Shown: piece after piece, positions 19,835 to 32,939 of the stretch | Numbering within the stretch: the stretch's first letter is position 1 | Layout: each line of letters opens with the position of its first letter | DNA from: a virus | Virus record (IMG/VR): IMGVR_UViG_3300031555_005516 | Direction: 5' to 3' (one strand) | Length of the DNA stretch: 64,000 nt | Notes under the pieces: generated by a model | What the model was told of the DNA's origin: nothing | Databases searched by the model: none | The model's input: only the letters and a program-made list of their open reading frames with translations | Made by a program: the position numbers and the translations under genes

Positions 19835-21733
19835 TTATATAACCTCTGTAGAAGAACCACAGTTAATTGTTGTAATTGCGCCAAGTGCTGCCTCGATAAG
19901 AGCATTAACCTGAGCCTCTGTCTGACGAGCAGTAATTGCCGCATTAAGAGTTGTTGTATCTGTTCCAGACATCTTAAGAGTTTCACCATTAAGAACAAAC
20001 TGTCTAGATGTAGCATAATCACCAGCACTAAAGTTTTCAAGAATTGTTTCACCATTAATCGTTGTTTTAGCAATTGCCTCAAGAGAGTCATAAACTGTAA
20101 CGCCTCTATCCATAACTGAATCAGACTCAACATGAATATTTTCTGCATAAATATTTATGCTCTCAGAAAGTGCCTTACCGTTTACAGTAGTTGTCTTATC
20201 AACCTTGTTGCTTTCAAGAGTAGTAACTCTGTCAAGAGCATTGTTAAGGCCGCTAGCAACAGTTACACCCTCATTAGTTCCGCCTATGTTAGTGTTGTTG
20301 ACGGCATTTTCAAAATCAGTTACTTTTTCAGAAGTAATTGTATCAAGAGTTGCAAGATCACCAAGATCAGCAGTCTTAGCATAACCTGCATTGGCATGGT
20401 TACCCCAGCCATGAGCAGTTACACCTTTGGCGATATCTGTATTAATAGCATCGGCGAGTTTATCAGCGGTTACTGCATCATTTGCAATCTTAACAGTAGT
20501 TACACCGCTATCCGCAATTTTTAAAGTTCTATTTTCAGTAAGATTACCTCCGCCTTCAAGACCATCTGTTCCAGTGATAGTGATGGTATTCAAAGCATGA
20601 CTACTTTCATCTCCAAGTTCAATCCACTTAGAGCCATCATAAACATATTCCTTATTACCATCAAGAACTACATCACCTGCGACAGGGTTTGAAGGATAAG
20701 ATGTGCCAACAAAGTGAAGAGCATTGGATAAGCCAAGGTCTGCTGCAGTAATTGAAATTGCTTCAGAACCATTATAAGTTTTACTACCTACAGTTAAAGA
20801 GTTGGCAACTTTATCTGCCGTTTCTGCAACTTTAGCTTTAACTGTTCCATTTTCAACACCAGTTTGAACTGCCGCTGCTGCACCGTATGCATCAAACTTA
20901 TTCGCTGTTACCACAATAGTGGGATTAGCAGCTGTACCACCAATAGTGATTGTATCATTACCTTCAGCAACAGACATAACGCCAAGTTCGGTAGGAATCT
21001 TAGCTTCAACTGCATCAGCATATCCCTTAGCTGTTGCATTAAGCGCAGATACTGTGGTATAAGCAGCGTCCTGGAGACCCTTAACTGCAACATCAGCACC
21101 TTCAACAGCGATTGTACCATTAGCACTACCGGTTGTAATATCTGCTTTTACAAGATAATTAAGAGCTTCAATTTCTGCTTGCGTTAAGAAAGCAAAAGAA
21201 ATTGTAGAACCATTACCTTCAGAAGGAGTAATTGTAATTCCCTTGCCATCTGCAGATTTAGCAAAAGTATAAGTTGTATTATCATCCTTTGCCCAAGCTG
21301 CGCGATTATCAGAAATATCTTTTTCAATTGCAGCGATATCATTTTGAACTTCTTCTAATCCTTCAGAGGTTGCAACAGAAGCAGTCGTAAATTTAATACC
21401 ACCCTTGTTTCCATTAAGAGTAGCGTCCCATTCGATGCCAGAAACAACATTACCTGTGCCTGCTTTAGAGAACTTAAGTTCGTTCTCCTTAGCCCATCCA
21501 TAAACATCAGCTGCAAGAGCGCTTGTGAAAGGAAGACTGTTAAAGTTACCAGGACCAACCTTCATTAATACTGCTTCAGAAGTAGCAGCAGGAGCTTCTC
21601 CATTGCCCTTAGGAGGAAGATATGCAATCGCAACCTCACCGGCTTTAAGAAGGGGATTTTCTCTTGCCCAATTTTCAAGAGAGTCATACTTAAGTTGAAG
21701 TCTTACATTAAGAATATTATCAGCAAATGCCAT
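19835..21733 (-). CDS. Large tail-fibre/structural protein (632 aa), HylP-like N-terminus
   Basis: Intact ORF. 'NVRLQLKYDSLENWARENPLLKAGEVAIAYL...MKVGPGNFNSLPF'. Ala/Thr/Gly-rich beta-repeat body. No in-frame TAG. Confidence 0.55.
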   Translation of the reverse strand: MAFADNILNVRLQLKYDSLENWARENPLLKAGEVAIAYLPPKGNGEAPAATSEAVLMKVGPGNFNSLPFTSALAADVYGWAKENELKFSKAGTGNVVSGIEWDATLNGNKGGIKFTTASVATSEGLEEVQNDIAAIEKDISDNRAAWAKDDNTTYTFAKSADGKGITITPSEGNGSTISFAFLTQAEIEALNYLVKADITTGSANGTIAVEGADVAVKGLQDAAYTTVSALNATAKGYADAVEAKIPTELGVMSVAEGNDTITIGGTAANPTIVVTANKFDAYGAAAAVQTGVENGTVKAKVAETADKVANSLTVGSKTYNGSEAISITAADLGLSNALHFVGTSYPSNPVAGDVVLDGNKEYVYDGSKWIELGDESSHALNTITITGTDGLEGGGNLTENRTLKIADSGVTTVKIANDAVTADKLADAINTDIAKGVTAHGWGNHANAGYAKTADLGDLATLDTITSEKVTDFENAVNNTNIGGTNEGVTVASGLNNALDRVTTLESNKVDKTTTVNGKALSESINIYAENIHVESDSVMDRGVTVYDSLEAIAKTTINGETILENFSAGDYATSRQFVLNGETLKMSGTDTTTLNAAITARQTEAQVNALIEAALGAITTINCGSSTEVI

Positions 21734-21842
21734 AATAATTTTCTCCTTTTCGTAATTAAAATTTTTTAATTTATGGTTATCAGGCGCCCAGGGTTGCCCA
21801 AAGGCGCCTGTTATTGTTTATATTAGGTGTTTACAATCAAGC

Positions 21843-24728
21843 TGTTGCGCCTGCTGCATTACCACCATTAAGGACGAGTTCAGCCTCGCCGTTAACAAGA
21901 ATATCAGTACTAATTGCCTTAACATCTGCCTTACCGTCGTTAGCTACATAAACCGTATTAACAACTGCTACGCCATCAACATCAGCCGCAGACTTGATAC
22001 CACCAAGTGCTTCAGCTGTTGCTACGGGAAGAGTGTACTCAGCAGCTCTAATGGCATCGAGTACGGTAGCAGGCTAATCTTCTCCGCCGATACCAACGAG
22101 CTTATCCTCATTAGCCTTAATACGGTTATCCATATTAACTGCATCTGTGCTATGAGTGCCGAGCCATTCCGCCATTTCAAGTAGAGTATCGAATGCTTCA
22201 GGTGCTGTTGCAAGTTGAGAAGCAATCTCTTCTTGAGCAATTGTTCTTACTGATTTTGCTTGATCGGCGCCAACAAGCGTAGTAATATTTGCACTATTTT
22301 GTTTAATATCGTCAATAGCAGTTGCAAGAAGACCTTCATCTTGAGTTCCAAGCTCTTCATTTCCAGCCTTATAGATATGATCTATTGCTAATTGAAGCTT
22401 ATTTTCTTCTCCCTTAGCACGGTTTTCTTCAGCTGTAATTAAACCTCTAACTGCAGTATCATCATACGCGTCAGCTTTTGCAAGGAACTTATCATCTGCG
22501 TCAGTCTTGCTATATACATTTGCCGCAAGTGCAAGAGGAACAAGTTTAGCATCAACTTCACCCTTTGTATAAACATTATCTGCAAGAGCTCTCTTACCAA
22601 TGTCCTCACTATTTTGATTTACCTTACCAGAAAGAAGATTAAATTCTGCAGTATGAGCTTGATCGTGTGCCTCAAGGGCGCCAATCTTTCCTGCGAGAGT
22701 GGTATCTTTTCCGTCTCCAATTGCACCGACAAGTGCCTGAAGATTTTCAATATTGGACTTATTTGTTGCAACCTGACCTTCAGCAAGTTGAGTTACTGCT
22801 TGGTTAGCAGCTTGCGCATTATTAAGCGCTGTATCAGCCTGAGCGCGCGCCTGATCTACTTCAAGGAAGAGTCCTGTTGCAGGAGTTTCACCATTTACAT
22901 CATGACCAACCTGGTTTTCAATATTCGAAACGCGTTCATTATTAGATGTCTTATATTCATCCAATTGTCTCTTAACAGATGCGGCAGTTTCAGAAGATCC
23001 TCCGCTTACTGCATCAAGCAATGCATTAACTTCTGCTTTAGAGTACGCAGAAGCAAAGATACCTGTACCATCTACAGCTTCTTGAGTAGTATTGCCTTCA
23101 CCATCTTTAAGCTCAGGAACTCCAGGAGTACCGATCTTATTATCAATTTCAGTTTTAGTATAAGCATCTGTTATACCATAACCAGCCAGAGTAGTCGCTT
23201 TCTTGGCATAGTCTCTTTCAACATTTGTTGCTAAAGTTTCAACGGCTCCTTCTGCATCTTCGATAGCTTTTGCAATAGTACGAGTATCATTGTTTTCGTC
23301 AACTGTAATATCCGTTCCGTAAAGAATTACTCCATTAGTCTAATCTTCACTCCAAATGGAGCCGATACCAAGATTATCGTTAAATGTTTTTCCATTAATA
23401 GTAGAATTTTTTAATGCAACAATCGCATCTTTTATAGTTCCATTAGACTCAGTCTCAACAATAATATCTTCAGCAGTTTTGCTATTTGCCGTATTGGCAG
23501 TCTCAGAAAGAGAATTAAGAGCTTGTGTAAGTGTCTAGCCTTCAAATGCATTTGGAGTTTCAGCATTTTCTGAAACGTTAATATCATCAGATTCAAGTGT
23601 AATATCACTTTCAAGCGCCTTACCATTAATCTTAGTAGTCTTAGTAACATATCCGCTTAAATCTGTAGTTGTGTCGCCAGTTTGAACAAGCTCTCCGCCA
23701 ATAACCATGTATTCCTTATACATGTCGCCAGTAGCAGATTCAACCTTAAGCATATAGATAATATGCTCAATAGGGTCAGTTGTCTCTCCATCAATTACTA
23801 CCTTGCCATCTTCAGTAACAGAATCAATAATAATCTTTGTTAATTTACCGACTTCTGCATTTGCAATTTGCTCAGCAACATAAACACTAACTTTCTTATC
23901 GCCAGTATCTACTTTTCCTTCAAGTGCGCCAACGCGTCCTGCAAGCGCCTCATCATTATAAGCATCAGGAACTACAATTGCAACATCAACATTGGTACCG
24001 TCTTTTGTTAAGTGATAAGTAGTTTCAGTCGCGCCTTCAGCTCTTTCATCTGCTTTTACAGCATACTCAGGGACATCAGGAATAATAACCTCTGCATAAA
24101 GTCCGTCTTCTTTTTCCTTAAGGATATTGCCTTCTTCGGCAGAAAGGTTAAGAGAAATTTCATATTTATGACCTTCAAAATCTTCCTCTGCCTTATCTTC
24201 AACGTTAATGCAAGGGCAACCAGCAGCAACCTCAGTTACGCTATTACCATCACCTTCAACGATCGCGGAAACAGGCGCCCATTCAATTTCAAGATGAAAT
24301 ACCTCTTCAACATCCTCAGCCGCAGCTACATCTACAACTTTCTTTACACGAGGAAGGTATCCAACGTGAGAAGCGGTTAAATCGCCAAAACCATGAAGAG
24401 AAATTTCTCCACCCTCAGCAACATCAATAGATTTACCATCGCCAGTAGGAATAATTCCAACGGGTTGAATAGCAAGATTTTGGTCTAAGTAATAAATAGT
24501 AGTAGCGTCTGCTCCTACAACTGCGCAAATCTGACCAGGATAAGCAACAGGATTATCGGTTACATATTCAAGTAATGAACCAGCGTAATCTGCTCCGCCT
24601 ACTGTTCCGTAAGCCTTGAATACCGAATTCGCATCAAGAGGAAGCGGATTACCTCTCTTTATCGAGACGGCTACGTCCCATAAAGAAGCCTTAGCTTGAG
24701 CCGCAAAAAAATCATCTCTAATCGACAT
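21843..24728 (-). CDS. Large tail-fibre-like protein (~960 aa), TAG-recoded
   Basis: Track fragments 23535..24728 and 22074..23021 share a frame, and both end on TAG. The Ala/Asp/Gly-rich sequence continues across the TAGs. The end near 21843 is estimated. Confidence 0.35.
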
Positions 24729-24741
24729 TATTTATTCCTCC

Positions 24742-26094
24742 TTAAGCCTTTGTTATATTAAGCGTAGCGCTACCAGAAGCAGCAGCTGCGTTGTTTACAT
24801 ACCACATATCATAAGCCATACCGCCATTAGTGGTCTCATCACCTGCAGCTACATAGTTATTAGCACCCTTTACATATACTGTAACAGGTCCTTCAACTGT
24901 CTGAGGCGCGTCTGTCTTAGAGTCTTTAATAGCAGGTTTATAACCCTTACCAGCAGGCGCCAAGAAGAACATCTGTTTCATTTGTGATACATTCATTGAG
25001 CTCTCCCAAGAGCCATTTTTCTTAGTAAGTGCACGAACTTGATCACTTGTAATAGCAGTAGGATCAGCAAGTGCGTTTGTTCCATTCTTCCAGCCGCAGA
25101 ACCATCCACGGAATCCAGTAACTTTAACAGTGCTTTCCTTATCAACAGTCTTGCCACTAAGCTTACCATCGACAACTTCATTTATATTATTAATAGGCCA
25201 ATATTTAGCATCACTAATAACACAATGAGTTGTAATCTTACCAACAGTAGCTTCTGAAGTAGAAGTTATCTAGAAAGGAGTTGTAAGAGTCCAAGTTCCA
25301 TCTACTGTAGCAGGGGTTGATGTAGTTCCAGCTTGATCACATTCCATTGAATAAGTTGCAGTACATCCTGCACCTTTTGTTGTAGAAACATTGCCAGCGC
25401 CACCATCTGCAGTAGAAGATCTACCATAGCTATAGCTACCATCTGTAAATGTACCATCCCACTTAAGAGCAGTGATTTTACTACCAACCTCAGTGCCATT
25501 ATCTGCAGTGTAGCTTGCGCTCATTCCATAGGAAGCCTGGGTAATTGTAGGCGCAATAGTCTCTGCCATAATACGTCTAATAACTTCCTCTAAAGATTTA
25601 CCCTTAGCCGCATAAGTATCAGAGTTCTTTCCGCTTGCAAGTTTAAGCGCACCTACGGAAGTAGTATAAGTTAAATCTTGGTCAAAATAAACATTAGCTG
25701 CATTGTAGTTTCCATCCATTGCCGCCCATGCTTCGCCATTCCATACATAAGCTGTGTAGGTATAAGTTGTAGCTCCTTCATAAAGAGGAGTTTTAACAAT
25801 ACCCATATCTCCAACAACCTTGCCAGCAACAAGATTGTCAATAGTGCCTTCAACGACTTGAACATCGTTGGTTACGTCAGAAAGATCAATCTCAGGAATA
25901 TCATTTGCATACTCAAGTTCTGCCCAAGTGCAAAGAACCCCTTCAGACTTTTCTTTACCGATTTTGAATAAACCAGTATCGGTCTCAACACCAAACTCAC
26001 CAGGTTTAAGAGTAGCAGTATCTTTGACTGCTTCCCAATTCGCCTTGGTATCATTTCTTAATACAATTCTAGTATTAATCTGTGACATTTGCAT
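24742..26094 (-). CDS. Tail-fibre protein with HylP-like N-terminus (451 aa, 1 in-frame TAG)
   Basis: Fragment 25270..26094 ends on TAG at 25270-25272 and continues in frame into fragment 24742..24996. TAA stop at 24742-24744. N-terminus 'TRIVLRNDTKANWEAV...KPGEFGVETDTGLFKIGKE'. Confidence 0.5.
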
Positions 26095-26620
26095 TTCCTC
26101 CGTAAATAATTTTTATATCCAATTCAGGCGCGCTACCCTATCCGCCAAAAGCTAAATAAGATTGTGTAGCTTCGTTCCATCTTTGGATACTTAAGTTTTC
26201 TTTAACATAATAAGTAGTATCGCTATCTCCAATTTTAGGAAGATCATCCATTGTATCTACTTCAATAGATACACTACCTTCTCCAGAGATTTCAATATTC
26301 TTAATCTGTTCTTGTAATTCTTTAATAGCAGCATCAAGCGCGGCAATACTACTATCATCTGACATCTTTCGCCAAGATGACTCTTCTTCAAAGCGCGCGC
26401 TATTTAATAGCATATAAATGCCATTATTTTCGCTATTTTCATCATTCGCAACAGCTACGATCATGCCTGAGTAAACCCAGACATCTCCATTACTCTATTG
26501 CCAAATGCTCCTATCTGTTAGATCTGCTTTCGCATCAACTAACATTCTTGCATCAAAAGGTGCAGCAATCTATGGCTCGTAGTTTGCGGCAGCCTTAAAA
26601 ATACCTTTATATCTAGCCAT
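26075..26620 (-). CDS. Hypothetical protein (~180 aa), TAG-recoded
   Basis: RBS 'taaggaggtaaaatATGgct' at 26620. Contains fragment 26138..26464, which ends on TAG. Read-through runs 21 codons to a TAA near 26075, overlapping the next start. Confidence 0.35.
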
Positions 26621-26631
26621 ATTTTACCTCC

Positions 26632-27846
26632 TTAAGCTACATAAATTCGTAATTCTCTTTCTCCAACTGTAAAATAGTTATGAGTATAGATTTTACGATT
26701 TTTTTCTTTGTCTTCTGCAATATCAAAGAAAGATAGTGAAACTTCTGGTCCTTCTCCGCCTAACCAAATCCATTCTTTCGTAATAGGATCAATAGCTTTA
26801 AAGCCTATAACAGAAACACTTGAATCGAGCGCGAAAGCTTGCTTTGTTCCGCTTCCTTCAGATAAGAAAATCGATTGATATCCTTCTCCATCAGTATCTT
26901 CAAACCAATTAAAACTCATTGGGACGTGGTCGGCCGAATAAAGCTAATAAACCCCATCAACAGAAATTGATCCAGATACCATTCCTGCAGGCAATGGCGC
27001 CTCAAAAGGCTAACCAATACTATTAAGAGGCTATTCTCCGGCGTTATAAAATACTGCGTAAGAAAGAATATTCTCTCCAGGAACGGGAATTATATCAATA
27101 GAAAAAGAAAGTGATAAATCATTTGATGAATAAGCACTTTCATTTACCTGATAAGAAGTAGGAAGACCTGCGCGCTTGCCAGATGTGCCATAAGCTGGTT
27201 CAATCGATCCTCGATCAAACTAAACAACTCCATTAATAGTCTTCTTTTCTCCAACTATTAAATAAGAAATTTCTTCATTTAATACGAGGCGCACGCTAGG
27301 CGCCTTAAGCGCAGGCGTTACGATACCAAAGAGCATCATTAATAAAATTTCCTCTGAGGTTTTACCAGCAACTAAATTAGGATCTGTTAACTTACCTATC
27401 GAAGTGAATCCAGTAGTATCTGTAATTTCAACTTTAGGCATTTTATTTGCGGCAATTCTGCCGTCTGGCCCATAAATAGAAGTGGCTAAGCCTCTTGCAA
27501 TCGTATCTATCGCCATATCAAGTTTCCTCCGAGCTGATTATCTAACCATGAACAGAGACATTGTCTTGAACAGCCTCAACACGCGCGCGAAGTTGTCTAA
27601 TGCCAATGACGCCTATCTCATAAAGTCCAGGTTTAGTGAATCCATCTTTAGACACTGAAAAATCACTTAAATTGATTCCCGCAATTGAGAACCAATCTGA
27701 GTCATCCTATAGGCGCCCATCAATGTAAATAACTCCATTACCCTTTATCTCTAAAGATAATACGTCTCCTGAAGCATTAATAAATGTCTTTGATAAAACA
27801 GGAATTGTAGTATTTGAAACAAAGTTCAGGTTTTTTTGAATTACCA
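26632..27846 (-). CDS. Hypothetical tail protein (~404 aa), TAG-recoded
   Basis: RBS 'gacaggaggatatataATG'. Track fragments 27220..27516 and 26632..26919 share a frame. TAA stop at 26632-26634. Confidence 0.4.
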
Positions 27847-27865
27847 TTATATATCCTCCTGTCTT

Positions 27866-27905
27866 CCAATACTAGGAGTTAAGAAATATAGCACTTCTTA
27901 ACTCC
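27866..27905 (-). terminator. Terminator after the 1649-aa gene
   Basis: Hairpin 'aggagttaaga-agtgctatatt-tcttaactcct'. Confidence 0.5.
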
Positions 27906-27935
27906 TATAATTATATTATTTTTATTTAAAATCAA

Positions 27936-30900
27936 TTAATTAGAATTGATAATAATTTTTTCAAGTGCAGCAATACGTTCTTCCAATTTGCTGTTTTGAG
28001 TTTCTAATTCAGAAACCTATTTCTTAAGTTTCTAAATTTCATAGGTATTAAGTGCAATGAATTCAGTATACACTAAACCATTTATATCGTTTGAACATTG
28101 CACAATAGCAAAGTCCTATGAATTTAAGTTAGCTTTTGAGAAAGCCTATTGTGTTTTCTATACTGTAAAACCAAAATGAGTCTACTATGATTCATCTTTA
28201 TTATATTTATAACTAACTGGCTGTAGCTAATCAAATAAAATAGAATATTTTTCTAAATTAGCAGAAATAGAATTTTTATATTTTTCATCAGAACTTGTTA
28301 CAGCATATTCTTCTAATAATAGATATTTTAAAAATGCAGTTCCGTCGTTTAAAATATAATATCCTTTTGATTGATCGCTTGGCGCCGGTCCAAGCCCAAA
28401 TGCATCAATAGAGCTAGACTAATTTGCATAAGTTTGATTATATACATCTTTAGTCTAAAAACCCTATCCAGTAAAATACCATCCTCCAACAATGCCTTTA
28501 TCTGTTGTGTCAACTGCAAAAGAGGCAGTCATACCAGAGGATCCACTTCCAACTGAAATTCCGTTAGTTCCAAAATATGCGCCCTCTGCTTGAGTATCCC
28601 ATACACTGGTGCGTTCTCCTGAATATAAATAGGTCTCTGCAACTTTAAAACCACCTATTTTTACTTCTGGATCAATCGCTGTTTTATCTGCATTAGCATA
28701 GAATTTATCTCCAATCTTTATTGCTCCTGCACTAATCAGGTCTGCATTAAGAATTCCAGTTTTAATCATACTTGCATTAATAAAAAGCTCAACAGAATCT
28801 GCATTATAAAGAATACCTATTCCTCCAATATCATTTGGAATGGTAGAGAATTTATTAGACCCGTCAAAATCTTCAAAAATAGGACGAGGGTATACTTGAA
28901 CATATCGATACTTTGATCCATTCATATCTTCAATATCATAATCTCCCCCATCTGTTACAAGATTTTTAGCTAAATAAATGATACCAGTATTTTCTCCATT
29001 ATTGGTCAAAGTATTAAAAGCCTTATAAGTAGTTAGTTCTGATCCATTAAAAATACTTCTTAATGTTTTTGATAAAATTATTAAATTTCCATAAGAAGTA
29101 TCTAATTTTTTAAAATTAAATATTACTGTATCTGTTAATCCTAGTTCTACAGAAAATTCTTCATTTCCTGTAAAAATAACTTCTTCTTCATTATTTTTTA
29201 GGTAAGATAACTAATACCCACTTGGTAATGAATCGGGAGTAGTGTAAACCTGCTATATGTTTTCATCATCTTTAAAACTTATAGATATGGTTTCTAAAAA
29301 GATATCAGTTGCTTTTGAATTTGTTGTATCAATAATACCATTAGGGTGTTCATTAAAAAGTATCTAATACTAAAAATCTTTCTACGCTACTCTTAAAGTA
29401 AACATTCCTCTTACTGGATTTCCAGTTTCAGGGGTATATATTATATTAAACAACTATTCCGCACCGTTATATTTTGGAAAATCTAACAATGTGAAAATTA
29501 CTTGATCATTGCCCAGCTTTTTATATTCATAAGCCCAGGTATCATTAGATTTGGGAGAAATTGACAACCTTTCAATATCTATTATTTGCTTTTCTTCATT
29601 GATATAATAATTAAAATAATTAACAAAACTATTAATAGGATTAAAGCTTTCATCAATCATTATTGTTTCATTAGAAGAGCTTAGTTCTAAATAAGGAATA
29701 GAATTTTCCCCTTTTGTATTATAATAGATATAAATCCACTAAATATTCTCTCCAATTTGTTTTCCATCAAGATAAATCATAAAATTTAATTTAATCTTAT
29801 AAATGGTATATTCTAACTCTAGCCCTAATCCCCAAGGATTCTCTATTTGATAATAGGCTCCTTCTTGCTTTGTTAGGATATTCTAAATAAAGGTCTCATC
29901 CTTTACTTCCTCTCCATCTTTTGTAATATAACCTTCTTGAAAAAACTAAAATTCATAGCCAACATTTGTTAAAATTGTGCCTGTCCTATCTACTACTGTT
30001 GCAAGACCTTGCTAAACAGCAATCTCTAAAGGAACTGATTTTTTTTCTGCATTCTAAAAAGAGTAGTTTTCACTATAAATATTAATTCGAAGACCATTAT
30101 CGATAACCAAACAATTAATACTAGAGTCCAAGATTATTTCTGGGACAGATCCTTCGTTTGCTACAATTGTGTTATCATATATCTCAATTTGCAAATAATA
30201 TTTACCTGACTCGCCTGGGTTAGAAATCATTGCTGTCAACTTTTCTTCTTCTGGCGCTGATTTCTAAAATACTAAATTCTAAATTAAAGCATTGTCAGGT
30301 TTATTTAAACTTTCTTTTTGATATTTGTTTGATACTACTGCGACATAGCGCTTAGAAGAATCGTTTGTTATAGGCTTAGTGTCATAGCATTCAATTTTTT
30401 CTTTCCCTTGGTATACTTCAATATCTGCAACTTCTATTGCAGTATTATTAATTTTATCAAAAATAATATTCGGATTAGAAATAATAACATTAAAACCAGC
30501 TTCTCCATCTTCAATTCGAGTAAGTGTAACAACATCAACCGCTTCTTTGGAGGTTAATTCTGCAGTGCAGCGAATTTCAGAATATAATGATGAAATATGC
30601 TCTAATGTTAAAATTTTAGAATCTGGATTTAAAACTATTCCAAAACCCAAATCATTTACAGATGTCCAAATGCTATCCTTAAGAACTTCCGCTTTAATTT
30701 CCCATTCAGAAGTTTCATATCCGCTTATTTCTATTGAAAAAGCAATATATTCTGGAGAAGATTTTTTATAAATTAAAGCATCCGTTTTTAATCGAAAGCT
30801 TTTAGCGGCTTTACCGGGCTCTCCTGGCGCGCCGGGCGCTCCTGGAAGACCATCTACTGAATAGTTACCATCTAAAACGAAATTACTCCAATCTTTAGTA

Positions 30901-32885
30901 TTTTCGTTATAGTGTAGCTTACCAAGCTAGTTATAAGGACATTCAGTTCTATATCTATTTTTATATTCATTATCAATTTCTAAAGCCTCTGTCGTCCATA
31001 CGTCATATTCTTTATCAGGCTTCCCAAAATAAACCTTGCTATTTTCAACTCCTACATAAGGATAATTATTACCAATCCAATAGAAGGTTAATGAAGGAAT
31101 TCCAGTATAGTCAGCGGTTCCTAGTTTTGCTAATACCATCCTTGTTTCAGTATTTGTTTTTTCATAACAGAGATATGGATAATCAGTATTTATATCCGAT
31201 TCTAAAGTTGCTTCTTTTTTCTTATCAATATCAATCAACCCATCTTTCTCTCCATAGAGAATATACTAGTATCCATCATCCTATTCTGAAATTAACATAT
31301 CATTATATTCAATAAAACCATTAGTATAATATACTCTCCAAATACGATAAAGATCTTGTTGTTTAGTCTCTATATAAGCAATATTTCTTTCTTTACACGA
31401 ACTTATTACTATTGTATTTTTACCTTCTTCTATATTTTTAGTAACTCGCTTCCAAAGTATTGGTTTATCAATATTACTTATTTCTCCTATACGAGGTGCC
31501 CAAGGTCCATCAAAAGGTGCATGATCTTCATTATCGCTAAAAGCGAATTCCACAGTCTATTCAGGCAAGTATAATAAATCATCATTATTAATAACTATAG
31601 AAGCATATCCAATATACTTGTCACCATCTCTGTAATGGCATTTCCAAAGATTATAATTACTATCTAAGAACACTGATATCTATTGTTCAGTAGAATAGGA
31701 TGTGTCTTTTTGACCATAAACATCTATGTGTTCCCATTTATATTGACACTCTTTTTCATTTTCATTCATTGCAATAAGAACTTTTTCATAAGAGTCTACT
31801 GTTTGCTATGAGATATATAAACCAGAATAAGAAGGGGTTAAATTCTTTAAAATAGTATTAGCTTCAAAAATCATTTCTCCATAAGTAATTTCTACCTTAT
31901 ATTTCATTGGAGAATAATATATATCTTCTGAAGTAAGCTATACAATAGGTCTCTACCAGCGCGCCGTTTCCAATTTTTTCCAGCCGCTCTCTTCCCAAGG
32001 ATCCTCAATATACCACTAAAAACCACATAAATCAGGATCTATAAAAGTGGCGCCCTACATCATTCTTGCCTCAATCGTAATCTGCTCTACTTTATCGTGA
32101 AGAGTATCTCCTTCATATCCATGGATAACCGCCTACATACGATTGGCACTTTCGTTTTCTTTTATAATATTAAAGGTTATATTTTTAATTTTTAATACTT
32201 CTGAATTAGATAATTCATTTATTTTTTCCAAATAAATAGATTCAATAGTATCAAATTCATAATCTTTAAAATAACTTTGATAAGATTTAAAATCAAAGCT
32301 ATTTTGAGTAATTTCTATTTTTACAGCAGATTTAACAAGCTATCCTTTGTAACTTAATTCAAAAACTAAATCTATACTTCCAGAACTTAGTTCAGCTAAA
32401 ACTTCTGCGCCAATAGAAAACATCATAGACTCTTTAAGATGCTTTTCTAATAAAGTCTCATTCACTTTCAAAAGGTTATTAGACTCGCCTTTTTCATAAA
32501 GTATTGTTTTAGAATCAGAAAGAGTATATTCAACAATATCATCCTCTTCATTATCCTCTACAATAGAAGAGCCTAAAGAGGTATATAAAGAGCTCTCTTT
32601 TAAAGTGGTTAAATCACTAACTGAGGTGCGCCCAACAATCACTTTAAGTGACTCATCTTCAACATTGGTGGTAAGTATCTTAACTTTCTCATCTTTACCA
32701 TATTCTCCAGTCGGCGCCTAAGCTTCAAATATAGTATCTTGATAGTTTATCTTATAAATACGCTATTCTGGGTCAATGCATCCAATGACAGTTCCTATTA
32801 TGGTGCGCGTATAGTCCGTTTGGCGCAATTTACTATCAATTTGAATATCAACCGCTGAAAATAAATTTTCAACTATATTACTCAT
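27936..32885 (-). CDS. Giant tail/host-interaction protein (~1649 aa), heavily TAG-recoded
   Basis: ATG at 32883-32885 with RBS 'aaaaggagagataatATG'. Eight track fragments (32340..32642 down to 28464..29009) all lie in one frame. I translated 32643-32885 and 27936-28464 and found only TAG interruptions. Contains a collagen-like 'DGLPGAPGAPGEPGKA' and ends in a coiled coil '...KQVSELETQNSKLEERIAALEKIIINSN', then TAA near 27936. Confidence 0.5.
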
Positions 32886-32907
32886 ATTATCTCTCCTTTT
32901 CTCTCTT

Positions 32908-32937
32908 TAAGAGGGTGGGTGAAACCCACCCTCTTAT
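32908..32937 (-). terminator. Terminator after the tape-measure gene
   Basis: 'agagggtggg-tgaaa-cccaccctct' perfect 10-bp stem directly after the TAA. Confidence 0.6.
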
Positions 32938-32939
32938 TA

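Noticed and set aside
19831-26155. Many overlapping + and - ORFs inside the fibre genes (e.g. 19831..20148, 20132..20524, 20864..21187, 22614..23234, 24012..24380, 25678..25971, 25868..26155)
   Set aside because: They are alternative-frame artefacts of long Ala/Thr/Gly-rich coding sequence. The products are low-complexity Leu/Cys/Ile-rich, none has an RBS, and the true frames are established by domain similarity.
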